Below are positions 28,801 to 38,794 of a stretch of 40,722 nucleotides of DNA, piece after piece. The stretch is from assembly GCA_016202565.1 (NCBI GenBank), contig JACQOK010000197.1, positions 1 to 40,722 on the forward strand, read 5' to 3'. The notes under the pieces were generated by a model. It had not been told where the DNA came from, did not search any database, and saw only the letters and a list, made by a program, of their open reading frames with translations. Source of the stretch: Betaproteobacteria bacterium. GTDB lineage: Bacteria > Pseudomonadota > Gammaproteobacteria > Burkholderiales > SG8-41. A program made the position numbers and the translations under genes. Each line of letters begins with the position of its first letter. Positions within the stretch are counted from its first letter, which is position 1.

Positions 28801-29988
28801 ATGAAAATCCAGATCAACGCCGTCGACGCCGGGCAGAACGTCGTCTCACTGAGTTTGGAGGCCGCAAGCGAATCGATCGCGCTCGACGCCGCTCGCAAAC
28901 AGGGCTTGACCGTCCTGTCGGTCCGCTCGCAGGCGCTCGCGCTCCCGTATTCAGGCAAGTCTTCGGCATTCCCGATAACGCTGTTCTCGATTGAACTGAT
29001 GGCGCTGCTTGAAGCCGGGCTCAACCTGGTGGAAGCGCTGCAGACGCTGAGCGAGAAGGAACTCAATGGCGAGCGGCAGGTTGTTCTGGCCGGGATACTG
29101 GGCGCGATTTATCGGGGGGAGTCGTTTTCGCAGGCCGTGAGCCGGTTTCCGCAGCACTTTCCGCCGCTCTACGTCGCAACGCTCAAGGCGAGCGAGCGCA
29201 CGGGCAACGTGCGCGAAGCCTTGTCGCGCTACATCGCCTATCAGGAAGAACTCGACCGCGTCCGCAAGAAAGTCGTCTCCGCCTCGATCTATCCCGCCAT
29301 ATTGATCGTCGTGGGCAGCCTCGTCCTGGCGTTTCTCGTGTTCTACGTGGTGCCGCGCTTTGCCCGCGTCTACGAGGGCGTCTCGGCCAACCTGCCATTT
29401 TTTTCGGAACTGCTGCTCGCCGCCGGCCGCGGCATCCAGCAGCACGGCTGGCTGCTCGGGCTCGCGGCGGTCGCGGCTGTTGCCGGCGGCCTGTATGGCC
29501 TGACCCGCCCCGGCTTCCGGGCGTGGCTCAATGAACGCCTGTGGCAGATTCCGGTGGTGGGAGAGCGAATGAAGGTCTATCAGCTCGCCCGGCTTTACCG
29601 CACCGTCGGCATGCTGCTGCGCGCCGGCATCCCGGTGGTTTCCGCGCTGGGCATGGTGCGCGGCCTGCTCGCCGCGCATCTGCGCCCGCAGCTCGCGCGC
29701 GCCCGCGAACTGATCCAGGAAGGCCGGTCGATGTCGGCCGCGCTCGGCGCCACCGGTCTTGCCACCCCGGTGGCGGCGCGGATGATGGCCGTGGGCGAGC
29801 GCGGCGGCGAGATGGGCGAGATGATGGAACGGATCGCCCGCTTCCATGACGACGAGATGGCGCGTTTCATCGACTGGTTCACGCGCGCCTTCGAACCGGT
29901 CCTGATGGCGGTGCTCGGACTGGCGATAGGCGGAATCGTGGTCCTCATGTACATGCCGATTTTCGAGCTTGCGGGGAACATCCAATGA
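28801..29988 (+). CDS. gspF: T2SS inner-membrane platform protein GspF
   Basis: LLEAGLNLVEAL, ASERTG, SASIYPAIL and EPVLM...MYMPIFEL. Confidence 0.9.
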   Translation: MKIQINAVDAGQNVVSLSLEAASESIALDAARKQGLTVLSVRSQALALPYSGKSSAFPITLFSIELMALLEAGLNLVEALQTLSEKELNGERQVVLAGILGAIYRGESFSQAVSRFPQHFPPLYVATLKASERTGNVREALSRYIAYQEELDRVRKKVVSASIYPAILIVVGSLVLAFLVFYVVPRFARVYEGVSANLPFFSELLLAAGRGIQQHGWLLGLAAVAAVAGGLYGLTRPGFRAWLNERLWQIPVVGERMKVYQLARLYRTVGMLLRAGIPVVSALGMVRGLLAAHLRPQLARARELIQEGRSMSAALGATGLATPVAARMMAVGERGGEMGEMMERIARFHDDEMARFIDWFTRAFEPVLMAVLGLAIGGIVVLMYMPIFELAGNIQ

Positions 29989-31673
29989 ACCGACCCGACG
30001 ATCCCGCCGTCGCGATTTCCCCCGAGGACCTGCAATGGGCGCGCGGCGAAAGCGCGCGCAGCGAGCGCAAGCTGATCGAATTGCTCGAGGAGCGGCTCGC
30101 CTGCGGTCCCGCGGAGTTCGTGGCGCGCCTTGCCCTGACCCTGCGTCTGCCCGCCGTGGCCCTCGACGACATGCGGGCGGAGGCGCCCGCCTTCGAGCTC
30201 ATTCCGTATGCCGAGGCTTCGCGGCGCGGCTGCATCGCGCTGCGCGCGCCCGACGGCGCTTTGTCTGTGGTGCTGGGCGATCCTTACGACCTCGATGCCC
30301 AGGACTGGATCGAAGCGCGAATGCGTGCGCCCTTCTGCTATCGGATCGCGCACCGTCTGGACATCCTCGCCTATCTTTCGCAACAGGAAACGCACCTGCG
30401 GGCGCTCGACGGCATCGCCGCCGGCATCGGCGAACGCGGGAAGGCCCGGGAGGATGCCGAGGAAATCTCGATCGAGACCATCAGCGAGACCGACAGCACG
30501 GTGGTAAGGCTCGTCAACTCCACGCTCTACGACGCCTTGAAGGCGGGCGCGAGCGACATTCATCTGGAGTCGACCGCGTCCGGTCTTACCATCAAGAACC
30601 GCATCGATGGCGTGCTCACTCCCGCCGAGTCCCTTCCCGGCATCGAACTGGCCGAGCAGGTGATCTCGCGCATCAAGGTCATGTCCGAGCTCGATATCGC
30701 CGAGCGCCGGGTGCCGCAGGACGGTCGCTTCAAGGCGCGCAGAAACGGCCGTGAAATCGACTTTCGCGTCTCGGTCATGCCGAGCGTCTTTGGCGAAGAC
30801 GCCGTGCTGCGCATTCTCGACAAGCAATCCCTTTCGGACCAGTTGCGCGGCCTTACGCTCGATTCGCTCGGATTCGGCGACAGTTTGATCCAGCGGCTGC
30901 GCCGGCTCTCCTCGGAGCCGCACGGCATGCTGCTGGTGACGGGCCCCACCGGCAGCGGCAAGACCACCACGCTCTACGCGGTAATGACCGAAGTCAACAA
31001 GGGGCTCGACAAGATCATCACGATCGAGGACCCGGTTGAATACCAGCTCCCCGGCGTGCTCCAGATCCCGGTGAACGAGCAAAAAGGCCTCACCTTCGCC
31101 CGCGGGCTGCGCTCCATTCTCCGGCACGACCCTGATCGCATCATGGTGGGCGAGATTCGCGACCCGGAAACAGCCGAGATTGCGGTTCAGTCGGCGTTGA
31201 CCGGGCACCTCGTCTACACCACCGTGCACGCGAACAACGCATTCGACGTCCTCGGCCGGTTCATCCACATGGGCATGGACGCCTACAACTTCGTGTCGGC
31301 GTTGAACGCGGTGCTCGCCCAGCGGCTGGTGCGGGTCATCTGCCGCGAATGCGCGATCGACGAGCGACCTGATGATGCCACGCTGGTCGAATCGCAGATC
31401 GAGACGAAGAACCGCGGCGGATACCGCTTCATGCGGGGCCGCGGCTGCGCGAGCTGCCGCGGCACGGGCTACCGGGGGCGCAAGGCGATCGGCGAGCTGC
31501 TCGTCATGAACGACAGCCTGCGCGAATTGATCGTCGCGCGCGAACCGGCGCGAAAACTCAAGGAAGCCGCGTGCGCGGCCGGGACTGTCCCATTGCGGGA
31601 AGCCGCGCTCGATCTCGTCAGAACCGGCGAAACCACGCTCGAGGAAATCAACCGTGTCACCTTTGTGACGTAG
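29985..31673 (+). CDS. gspE: T2SS ATPase GspE
   Basis: ASDIHLE, LDIAERRVPQDGRF, Walker A GPTGSGKTT, LRHDPDRIMVGEIRD and tetracysteine CREC/CASC. Confidence 0.93.
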   Translation: MNRPDDPAVAISPEDLQWARGESARSERKLIELLEERLACGPAEFVARLALTLRLPAVALDDMRAEAPAFELIPYAEASRRGCIALRAPDGALSVVLGDPYDLDAQDWIEARMRAPFCYRIAHRLDILAYLSQQETHLRALDGIAAGIGERGKAREDAEEISIETISETDSTVVRLVNSTLYDALKAGASDIHLESTASGLTIKNRIDGVLTPAESLPGIELAEQVISRIKVMSELDIAERRVPQDGRFKARRNGREIDFRVSVMPSVFGEDAVLRILDKQSLSDQLRGLTLDSLGFGDSLIQRLRRLSSEPHGMLLVTGPTGSGKTTTLYAVMTEVNKGLDKIITIEDPVEYQLPGVLQIPVNEQKGLTFARGLRSILRHDPDRIMVGEIRDPETAEIAVQSALTGHLVYTTVHANNAFDVLGRFIHMGMDAYNFVSALNAVLAQRLVRVICRECAIDERPDDATLVESQIETKNRGGYRFMRGRGCASCRGTGYRGRKAIGELLVMNDSLRELIVAREPARKLKEAACAAGTVPLREAALDLVRTGETTLEEINRVTFVT

Positions 31674-31737
31674 GCGTCCGCGCATGGATTACGGAAGAGA
31701 ACCATAGTTCTACGACTCAGCAGTCAGGGAGGGATCA

Positions 31738-33480
31738 ATGAAAAAACTATTACCGGCGATGACGCTCGTCACCGCATTGGCGTGCGGTGCGGCGCAGGCC
31801 GCGTTGCTCTACGTCGACCCGGCCAATCCGGGCGCCACGGACTCCGGCGCCGGAGATGCGCTGCATCCGTACCGCACGCTCACCTACGCCATGAAGCAGC
31901 TCAAGCCCGGGGACACGCTGAACATTGCCGGCGGGACATATCGCGAGTCGCTGATCTTCCCTCAAGTCTCCTGGTCGGCGGGGTCGGCCGTGATACAGCC
32001 GATGAGCAGCGCGCCGGTTTTGATCAAGGGCTCCAACGTCGTGACGGGATGGACCGCCCCGGGGGCCGGGCTATTCGTCAGAAACGGGTGGACCGTGAAC
32101 AGCCAGCAGGTCTTCGTCGATGGCGTATCGTTGCAGCAGATCGGCGGCAAGATCTTCAGCAACGATCCGTGGATCTGGCCCGGGCGCGTGGCCGGCGGGC
32201 TCGCCGAGTTGACCGATAACAGTTTCTATTACGACATTGCCGCGCAGAACCTCTACGTCAAGGTTCCCTTGACTTCGCTTGACGGACATATCGTCGAAGT
32301 AAGCGTGCGGCCGCATCTGGTGTTCGGCAGCGCCGTGGAGAACGTGACGCTGCGCCAATTGCGCTTCCAGCACGCGAACACCACGGCGCTGAATCAGACC
32401 GGCGCCGTGCACCTGTGGCGCAGCAATCGCAACGTGCTCGACGGGCTGGACGTGAGCTATGTGGACGGCACCGGGTTCGACGTCACGGGCGAGGACAATG
32501 TCCTGCGGAACAACAAGGCCAATCGCAACGGACAGCTCGGGATGAAGGTCCGCGGAAAGCGCAATCTCCTCGAGGGCAATGAGACCAGTTTCAATAACAC
32601 CCGCGGCTTCCAGAAGTGGTGGGAAGCCGGCGGCGCGAAGTTTGTCGGCGAGGGCGGGCTCATCGATTCGACGGTCAAGCGCCATGTCGCGGTCGGCAAC
32701 CTCGGCGATGGGATCTGGTTCGACTGGATGAACAGCAACAACCGGATCTACGAGAACCTGTCCGCCTACAACAGCGGCATGGGCATCCACTACGAGGCGA
32801 GCCAGAAGGGCTACATCTACAACAACTACGTGTTCGGCAACCGGCAGCGCGGCATCTATCTGCCGCACAGCTCGGGTTCCGTCGTCGCGTTCAATATGGT
32901 GGCGAATAACCGTTATGAGGGCACTGCCATCGTAGACGAGGGACGTGATCCGACCAACACGTTGCTCAGACCGGTCGGCAACCTCGTGCACGGCAACATC
33001 ATCGCGTGGAACGGCAGGTCCGCCCTCGTGCTGCCGCTGGAACTCGCCGACAACCGCTCCGACTACAACCTCTTCCTGGGTGTCACGCAGCCGGCTTTCT
33101 CGCTGGGCTGGCCTTCGACCACGAGCCCCATCCGCACGGGCCTGGATGCCTGGAGAACCGCGTCCGGCCAGGACCTGCATTCCTGGTTCCAGGTATTCGA
33201 CATTCCGTCCACGCTGGCGACTGCGTTCGAGCAGATGAACCCGTATCCGGACTGGAGCCCCGTGCTCTCGGTCGCCTCCAGTTACTCCCTCCCGGCTCTG
33301 AGCGACATCCTGCCAACGCACACCAAACCCGGGCCCTCGCTGCAGCTTGTAGCTTCCGGTGGCGACACCGGTGGCTCGACGGGTGACACGGGCGGCTCCA
33401 CCGGTGATACCGGAGGTTCCACCGGCGACACGGGTGGTTCGACAAAACCAGGCAAGGGCCTGGGAAGGAACAAGAAATAG
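31738..33480 (+). CDS. Secreted right-handed parallel beta-helix protein with Gly/Ser/Thr/Asp tail
   Basis: Signal peptide ending AAQA, YVDPANPGATDSGAG...PYRTL...PGDTLNIAGGTYRE, and Asn-rich repeats (GDGIWFDW, GMGIHYEAS). GGAGG RBS. Confidence 0.85.
   Translation: MKKLLPAMTLVTALACGAAQAALLYVDPANPGATDSGAGDALHPYRTLTYAMKQLKPGDTLNIAGGTYRESLIFPQVSWSAGSAVIQPMSSAPVLIKGSNVVTGWTAPGAGLFVRNGWTVNSQQVFVDGVSLQQIGGKIFSNDPWIWPGRVAGGLAELTDNSFYYDIAAQNLYVKVPLTSLDGHIVEVSVRPHLVFGSAVENVTLRQLRFQHANTTALNQTGAVHLWRSNRNVLDGLDVSYVDGTGFDVTGEDNVLRNNKANRNGQLGMKVRGKRNLLEGNETSFNNTRGFQKWWEAGGAKFVGEGGLIDSTVKRHVAVGNLGDGIWFDWMNSNNRIYENLSAYNSGMGIHYEASQKGYIYNNYVFGNRQRGIYLPHSSGSVVAFNMVANNRYEGTAIVDEGRDPTNTLLRPVGNLVHGNIIAWNGRSALVLPLELADNRSDYNLFLGVTQPAFSLGWPSTTSPIRTGLDAWRTASGQDLHSWFQVFDIPSTLATAFEQMNPYPDWSPVLSVASSYSLPALSDILPTHTKPGPSLQLVASGGDTGGSTGDTGGSTGDTGGSTGDTGGSTKPGKGLGRNKK
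33361..33444 (+). repeat. (GDTGGST)x4 peptide repeat, codon-diversified
   Basis: Four 21-nt units with identical peptide but varied codons, followed by KPGKGLGRNKK-stop. Confidence 0.9.
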
Positions 33481-33599
33481 ATGCGCTTCCCGCTCGCACG
33501 CAGGCATTGCCGGGACGGCGATCCCGATGATGGCCTGGAACTTACCCAGAGCACGCAATCGGTGAAAAACGTGAATATCGTCGAAGAAAATCCTGAGCA

Positions 33600-33674
33600 C
33601 GGGAAACCGCCTCTGACTTCGTCAAAGTGGGCAAACCGACTTTCGGAGAAATCAGCGATGCGTGTCTTGTGGCG
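33600..33674 (+). pseudogene. Degenerate duplicate of the gspE 3' end
   Basis: Reads RETASDFVKVGKPTFGEISDACLVA against the GspE tail REAALDLVRTGETTLEEINRVTFVT (31596-31670). 47/75 nt identical ungapped by my count. Confidence 0.7.
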
Positions 33675-34464
33675 CGACCATCTGCGTATCGGCCTGGGAT
33701 CGAAGTGGCTCGCCCTCGCCGGCTACCGCCGCGGCCTGCGTCCAACACCGAGCGCAAAAGAAATCGTCGTGGTGGACTCCGCGGACGCTTCGGGGCCGTG
33801 GCAGGCCGCCGTCGATGCGCTGCCCGCCGCGCTTGCGCTGTGGGATCGGCCCCGGCTGGACGTGACGGTGGTGCTCTCGAATCATTTCGTGCGATACGCC
33901 CTGCTGCCCTGGAACGCGACCCTCAAGTCGGAAGCCGAGTGGCTCGCCCTCGCGCGCCACCGCTTCAGCAGCGTGCACGGCCCTCTGGCAGAAGAATGGG
34001 TTGTCCGGGTCGCGGAAACGGGAGGACGTGAAAGCCCGCGTATCGCGAGCGCGATCGATCAGGCGCTGCTGGCGGCCATCGAGGAAGGGATTGCCGGCGC
34101 CGGCGCGTCCCTGGTGTCGGTGCAACCGTATCTGATGGCCGCCTTCAACCGCATGCGCCCGATGATAGGCAATGCGTCGTCCTGGCTCGTGATCGAGGAA
34201 CCCGGCCGTCTCACGCTGGCGCTCATCCAGGGCGGCGTGTGGCGGGCGATTCGCAGTCGGCGCAGAGACGATCCCCGGCACCTGACGCTTCCCGAAGTTC
34301 TCGAGCGCGAAAGCGCCCTTCTCGCACTGGAAGAGCCGTGCACGCGAGTCGTCATCCATACGCACCTCACGGTCGACACACCCATGCACGGCGCATACGA
34401 ACTGTACGACGTGACACCCGACGCGGCAGCCGGTGACCGGGAGCTTGCGATGGCGTTGGAGTAA
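33658..34464 (+). CDS. T2SS GspL/PilM-like cytoplasmic assembly protein
   Basis: Position in the operon, plus VTVVLSNHFVRYALLPW and SVQPYLMAAFN. Start placed at MRVLWRD. Confidence 0.6.
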   Translation: MRVLWRDHLRIGLGSKWLALAGYRRGLRPTPSAKEIVVVDSADASGPWQAAVDALPAALALWDRPRLDVTVVLSNHFVRYALLPWNATLKSEAEWLALARHRFSSVHGPLAEEWVVRVAETGGRESPRIASAIDQALLAAIEEGIAGAGASLVSVQPYLMAAFNRMRPMIGNASSWLVIEEPGRLTLALIQGGVWRAIRSRRRDDPRHLTLPEVLERESALLALEEPCTRVVIHTHLTVDTPMHGAYELYDVTPDAAAGDRELAMALE

Positions 34465-34472
34465 GCCCGACG

Positions 34473-35000
34473 ATGTATATACTCGATCTCGATTTTCGCA
34501 AAACCCGTCCTGCGTCGCCGTGGGCACGGTGGGTGCTGCTCGCACTCGCCATTGCTTTCATGTCAGACCTCGCCGTTTCGTACTACGGCGTTCGCAAGGC
34601 GATCACGCACAACGAGCAGCGCCTGGCCCAACTCGGGCGCTCGATGGATGGCGCCACAAGAGCCGCGCTGACCTCGCGCGCCCCCTCACCGGAGGAAATC
34701 CGGCTCGCCCGCGACACCATTGAGCGGCTCGCCATGCCGTGGGACAACCTCTTCGGCGCGCTCGAGGCAACCGCAAGCGATAAAGTGGCGCTACTCGCGA
34801 TCGAGCCCGACCCCAAGTCCGGAACGGTGCTGATCTCCGGGGAAGCAATAGACTACCCTGCCGCGCTCGACTACGTCTCGCAACTCGGCCGCGCGAGAGC
34901 CCTGGACCGCGCACATCTCGTCCGGCACGAGCGCCAGCAGGACGCTCCGCAACAGCCGGTGACGTTTTCCATTTCAGCGACCTGGAGCAAGGCAAAATGA
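34473..35000 (+). CDS. PilN/GspL-periplasmic-like assembly protein
   Basis: Single TM, coiled coil, and PWDNLFGALE...VALLAIEPDP...ISGEA. Confidence 0.65.
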   Translation: MYILDLDFRKTRPASPWARWVLLALAIAFMSDLAVSYYGVRKAITHNEQRLAQLGRSMDGATRAALTSRAPSPEEIRLARDTIERLAMPWDNLFGALEATASDKVALLAIEPDPKSGTVLISGEAIDYPAALDYVSQLGRARALDRAHLVRHERQQDAPQQPVTFSISATWSKAK

Positions 35001-35536
35001 TCATTTCGAGCACACTGCGGCGGATACGCGATGAGCTGGGCGTCATCGGACTGGCATCGATCGGGCTGCTCGCGGGCGCCGCGTTCTTCCTGTTCTTCGC
35101 GCTGAGGCCGCTCGAGGCGCGCAACGGAGATCTTGAGCGCCAGCTTGCGGTGAACTCGCGCCAGAATCTGTCGTCGGATCCCACATTCATCCGTGCGTCG
35201 ACCCCGGCGGCAAAGATCGCAGCGTTCTACCATTTCCTGAAAACGGAACAACAGCCCACCGATTGGCTTGCGCGGCTCCACGCTGCGGGCCAGGCGACAG
35301 GAGTCGAACTCCGCTCCGCGGATTACCGGCTGCAAAAGACCGGCACGCGCATCGAGCGCTACGAGATCACGCTGCCGGTCAGGGGAAACTACGCACAGAT
35401 CCGCGCCTTCCTCGAAAACGCGCTGGCCGGGATCCCGGTGCTGTCGCTCGACGAGGTGAAATTCAGGAAGGAGCGCGCGAGCGATGCGTCGGTGCAAGCC
35501 GAACTGCGTCTTACGCTTCATCTCGTCAATCCCTGA
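34997..35536 (+). CDS. GspM/PilO-like assembly protein
   Basis: Single TM plus YEITLPVRGNYAQIRAFL. Confidence 0.65.
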   Translation: MIISSTLRRIRDELGVIGLASIGLLAGAAFFLFFALRPLEARNGDLERQLAVNSRQNLSSDPTFIRASTPAAKIAAFYHFLKTEQQPTDWLARLHAAGQATGVELRSADYRLQKTGTRIERYEITLPVRGNYAQIRAFLENALAGIPVLSLDEVKFRKERASDASVQAELRLTLHLVNP

Positions 35537-35558
35537 ACTCGTTGTATTGGGTGAAACC

Positions 35559-36074
35559 ATGACATCATTCCTGACAAGAAATATTCCGCCGCGCGCCATT
35601 CTGGCCGCCGGGGCCATGACGCTGCTCGTCTCGGTCGTGATGGGCCGTGAAAACGGGGAACCGCCTGCGGTCGTCGCGCTTGCCGCTCGCACGGCCGCGC
35701 CGGCTTCTTCGCCCGCGACGGTCGACGATCTCGATCTGCAAAAGCTCACGCGCTCGAGGAAAGCGGAGACCATCGCCGACCTGTTTGCACCCCGCAATCT
35801 GACATTAGCCGCGCTGCCTCAGGTCACAAGTGCCGAACCGGCTCCGCCACCTGCTCCCAGCGCACCGCCGCTCCCGTTCACCTATCTGGGCCAGTTCATC
35901 GACGGCGAGAAGACGGAGGTGTTCGTCACCCTGGGTGATGAGCACTACAGCATCGAAAAGGGCAAGACGATCGACGGTCAGTACAAGGTCGAGAAGGTCA
36001 CCCCAACCGCCGTGACTTTCGTCTATCTTCCGCTCGGGACCCGGCAGAGCCTGCCGATCCCGGTGCTGAAATAA
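35559..36074 (+). CDS. GspC/PilP-like T2SS accessory protein
   Basis: N-terminal hydrophobic segment, DLFAP, Pro-rich linker and APPLPFTYLG...G.TIDGQYKV. Directly upstream of the secretin. Confidence 0.55.
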   Translation: MTSFLTRNIPPRAILAAGAMTLLVSVVMGRENGEPPAVVALAARTAAPASSPATVDDLDLQKLTRSRKAETIADLFAPRNLTLAALPQVTSAEPAPPPAPSAPPLPFTYLGQFIDGEKTEVFVTLGDEHYSIEKGKTIDGQYKVEKVTPTAVTFVYLPLGTRQSLPIPVLK

Positions 36075-36083
36075 GGAATTGCC

Positions 36084-37916
36084 ATGACACGATATATCTG
36101 GATGCTGCTCGCAGCGTTGGTCATCGCCGGCTGTGCGACCCTCTCTCCCACCCCGAATCCCGCTTTCACGGAGGGCCGCACACTGGTCGAGTCCGGTAGC
36201 GTCGAACAGGGTCTTGCGCGCGTGGAGGAGGCGATCAAGGCCGAACCCCGCAATCAGGAATACCGCACCTACTATTACCGGCAGCGCGATCTTGCCGTTC
36301 AGCGCTATATCGCCGTGGCGGACACGGCGCGGAGTACGAACGCCTTCGACGCCGCGGAACAGGGATACCGGCGGGCGCTCGCGCTCGACCCCGCCAATGC
36401 GCGGGCCACGGCCGGCCTCGAGAGCTTGCAGGTGGAGCGCCGACATCGGGCGCTGCTCACCGAAGCGGAAAGCCTGCTCAAGCAAGGCAACGTCGATGCC
36501 GCCCATGCCAAGGCGCGGGAGATCCTGGTCGAAAACTCCACCCACCGCAACGCGCAGGCGCTCATCCGGCGCATCGAACAGCAGAGCATGAAAGCGGCGG
36601 CCGAAACACCGCAGCTCAACGCCGCCCTGCGCAAGCCCATAACGCTCGAATTCCGGGATGCGACCCTGCGTGCGGTCTTTGAATTGATCTCGAAGCACAC
36701 CGGCCTAAACTTCATCTTCGATCGCGACGTGAAGCCGGATCTCCGCACCACGGTGTTCGTCAAGGACACCACGATCGAGGATGTCATCCGCTTCGTGCTC
36801 GTCACGAACCAGCTGGAGCGCAAGGTGCTCAACGAGACGACGCTCCTCATCTATCCCAACACGCCGGCCAAGACCCGCGACTACAGGGAGCTTGTGGTGA
36901 AGAGCTTCTACCTCGCCAATGCCGACGTGAAGAACACGGCGAACATGATCAAGGCGGTGGTCAAGACCCGGGACCTCTATATCGACGAGAAGCTCAACCT
37001 GCTGGTGATCCGCGACACGCCGGAGGCCGTGCGCATCGCCGAGCGCCTGGTGGCGAATCAGGACCTGGCGGAGCCGGAAGTGATGCTCGAGGTCGAAGTG
37101 CTCGAAGTCGGCTACAACAAGCTGAGTGAGATCGGGATCAACTTTCCGGAGCGCGTGAACTTCGGCGCACCGCTCACGGACGGCACGCCGCCCGCGCTGG
37201 CCACACTCGCTCGCAAGAACCTGGTGGCCTTCGCCGTCAATCCGCTTCTCATCCTCAATCTCAAGAGCCAGGACGGGCACACCAACATTCTCGCCAATCC
37301 CCGCATCCGCGTGAAGAACAAGGAAAAGGCCAAGATCCACATCGGCGACAAGGTGCCCGTCATCACCACCACCGCCACCGGGACCGGCTTCGTATCGGAA
37401 TCGGTCAATTATCTCGACGTGGGGCTGAAACTCGAAGTCGAACCGGTCGTGTTCCTCGAAGACGACGTCGGAATCAAGGTCGGGCTCGAGGTCAGCAACA
37501 TCGTGCGGGAGATCCAGAGCAAGAGCGGCACCCTCACCTACCAGGTCGGCACGCGCAATGCCGCCACGACCTTGCGCCTGAAGGACGGCGAGACGCAGGT
37601 GCTGGCCGGTCTCATCAGCGACGAAGACCGCCGCAATGCCGCCAAGGTGCCGCTGGTGGGCGACCTGCCGGTGGTCGGGCGCCTCTTCACGAACAACAAC
37701 GACAGCTCGGCCAAGACCGAGATCGTGCTCCTGATTACACCGCGCGTGGTGCGCAACCTCAAGCGGCCCGGCATCCAGCTCGAGGAATTTCCTTCGGGCA
37801 CCGATGGCACAGTCGGCGCGGCCCCGCTCACGCTGCCGAGCGCGCCCAGGACGGCTGAACGGCCCATACCTTCCGCCGCGGTGCCAGGCTCGACGCCCGC
37901 CACGGTCACTCGCTAG
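36084..37916 (+). CDS. gspD: T2SS secretin GspD, lipoprotein with N-terminal TPR-like region
   Basis: Lipobox-like IAGC, helical repeats, ITLEFRDA (STN), ILANPRIRV, IGDKVP, DGETQVLAGL, KVPLVGDLPVVGRLF and EIVLLITP. Confidence 0.9.
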   Translation: MTRYIWMLLAALVIAGCATLSPTPNPAFTEGRTLVESGSVEQGLARVEEAIKAEPRNQEYRTYYYRQRDLAVQRYIAVADTARSTNAFDAAEQGYRRALALDPANARATAGLESLQVERRHRALLTEAESLLKQGNVDAAHAKAREILVENSTHRNAQALIRRIEQQSMKAAAETPQLNAALRKPITLEFRDATLRAVFELISKHTGLNFIFDRDVKPDLRTTVFVKDTTIEDVIRFVLVTNQLERKVLNETTLLIYPNTPAKTRDYRELVVKSFYLANADVKNTANMIKAVVKTRDLYIDEKLNLLVIRDTPEAVRIAERLVANQDLAEPEVMLEVEVLEVGYNKLSEIGINFPERVNFGAPLTDGTPPALATLARKNLVAFAVNPLLILNLKSQDGHTNILANPRIRVKNKEKAKIHIGDKVPVITTTATGTGFVSESVNYLDVGLKLEVEPVVFLEDDVGIKVGLEVSNIVREIQSKSGTLTYQVGTRNAATTLRLKDGETQVLAGLISDEDRRNAAKVPLVGDLPVVGRLFTNNNDSSAKTEIVLLITPRVVRNLKRPGIQLEEFPSGTDGTVGAAPLTLPSAPRTAERPIPSAAVPGSTPATVTR

Positions 37917-37930
37917 GCGGCTCCGCAACG

Positions 37931-38404
37931 ATGCAACGGTCTGCCGGTTTCACGCTGATCGAGCTGCTCATCACGGTGGCAATCGTGGCGTTGCTCGCCT
38001 CGGTCGCTCTGCCCCTCTCGGAAGTTTCGGTGCAGCGCGGAAAAGAACAGGAGCTGCGGCGCTCGCTGCGTGAAATCCGCGATGCGATCGACGCCTACAA
38101 GCGCCATGCGGACGAAGGACGAATCAAGCGCTCGGCTGACGAATCGGGTTATCCGCCCACGCTTTTCATATTGGTCGAGGGCGTTGCCGACGTGAAAAGC
38201 CCGACCGGGACCAAGATCCGATTCCTGCGGCGCCTGCCCCGCAATCCGTTTTGGAGCGACCCGCAGACGCCACCCGAGCAGACCTGGGGGCTGCGCAGCT
38301 ATGACAGCCCGCACGATGCGCCGCTGGCCGGCCGCGATGTCTTTGACGTCTACTCCCTCAACCCGGGGATCGGGTTGAACGGAATTGCATACAAGGACTG
38401 GTAA
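37931..38404 (+). CDS. T2SS pseudopilin
   Basis: G|FTLIELLI prepilin motif, IRDAIDAY and FLRRLPRNP. Confidence 0.85.
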   Translation: MQRSAGFTLIELLITVAIVALLASVALPLSEVSVQRGKEQELRRSLREIRDAIDAYKRHADEGRIKRSADESGYPPTLFILVEGVADVKSPTGTKIRFLRRLPRNPFWSDPQTPPEQTWGLRSYDSPHDAPLAGRDVFDVYSLNPGIGLNGIAYKDW

Positions 38405-38407
38405 GTC

Positions 38408-38794
38408 GTGCGAGCCCATGCGATACGGAAGGCAGGATTCACCCTGGTCGAGTTGATGGTGGTGCTCGCCATCATCGCGCTGCTCGTTTCCATCGTTGCC
38501 CCGCACTACGTCGGGCGAATTGCCCGGGCCGAAGAAGCGGTGCTCCGGGAAAACCTCACGCTCATGCGCGAGGCGCTGGACAAGCACTATGCCGATGCCG
38601 GCCGCTACCCCGCAGCGCTCGAAGATCTCGTCACGAAGCGCTACCTGCGCAGCATTCCGAGCGACCCGATCACGCAAAGCAGCGCAACGTGGGTCGTGAT
38701 CGCCCCTGCCGATCCGCAGAAGGGTGCGGTCTACGATGTCCGCAGCGGCGCCAAGGGCACCGGCGCAGATGGCAAACCCTATGACCAATGGTAG
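38408..38794 (+). CDS. T2SS pseudopilin (GspG-like)
   Basis: G|FTLVELMVV and YPAALEDLVTKRYLRSIPSDP. Confidence 0.85.
   Translation: MRAHAIRKAGFTLVELMVVLAIIALLVSIVAPHYVGRIARAEEAVLRENLTLMREALDKHYADAGRYPAALEDLVTKRYLRSIPSDPITQSSATWVVIAPADPQKGAVYDVRSGAKGTGADGKPYDQW

Noticed and set aside
33445-33480. Basic C-terminus as a PEP-CTERM sorting signal
   Set aside because: There is no VPEP motif and no transmembrane helix.
33481-33657. ORF-track N-terminal extension of the GspL-like gene
   Set aside because: It has no separate RBS and includes the degenerate gspE duplicate. ATG 33658 fits better.
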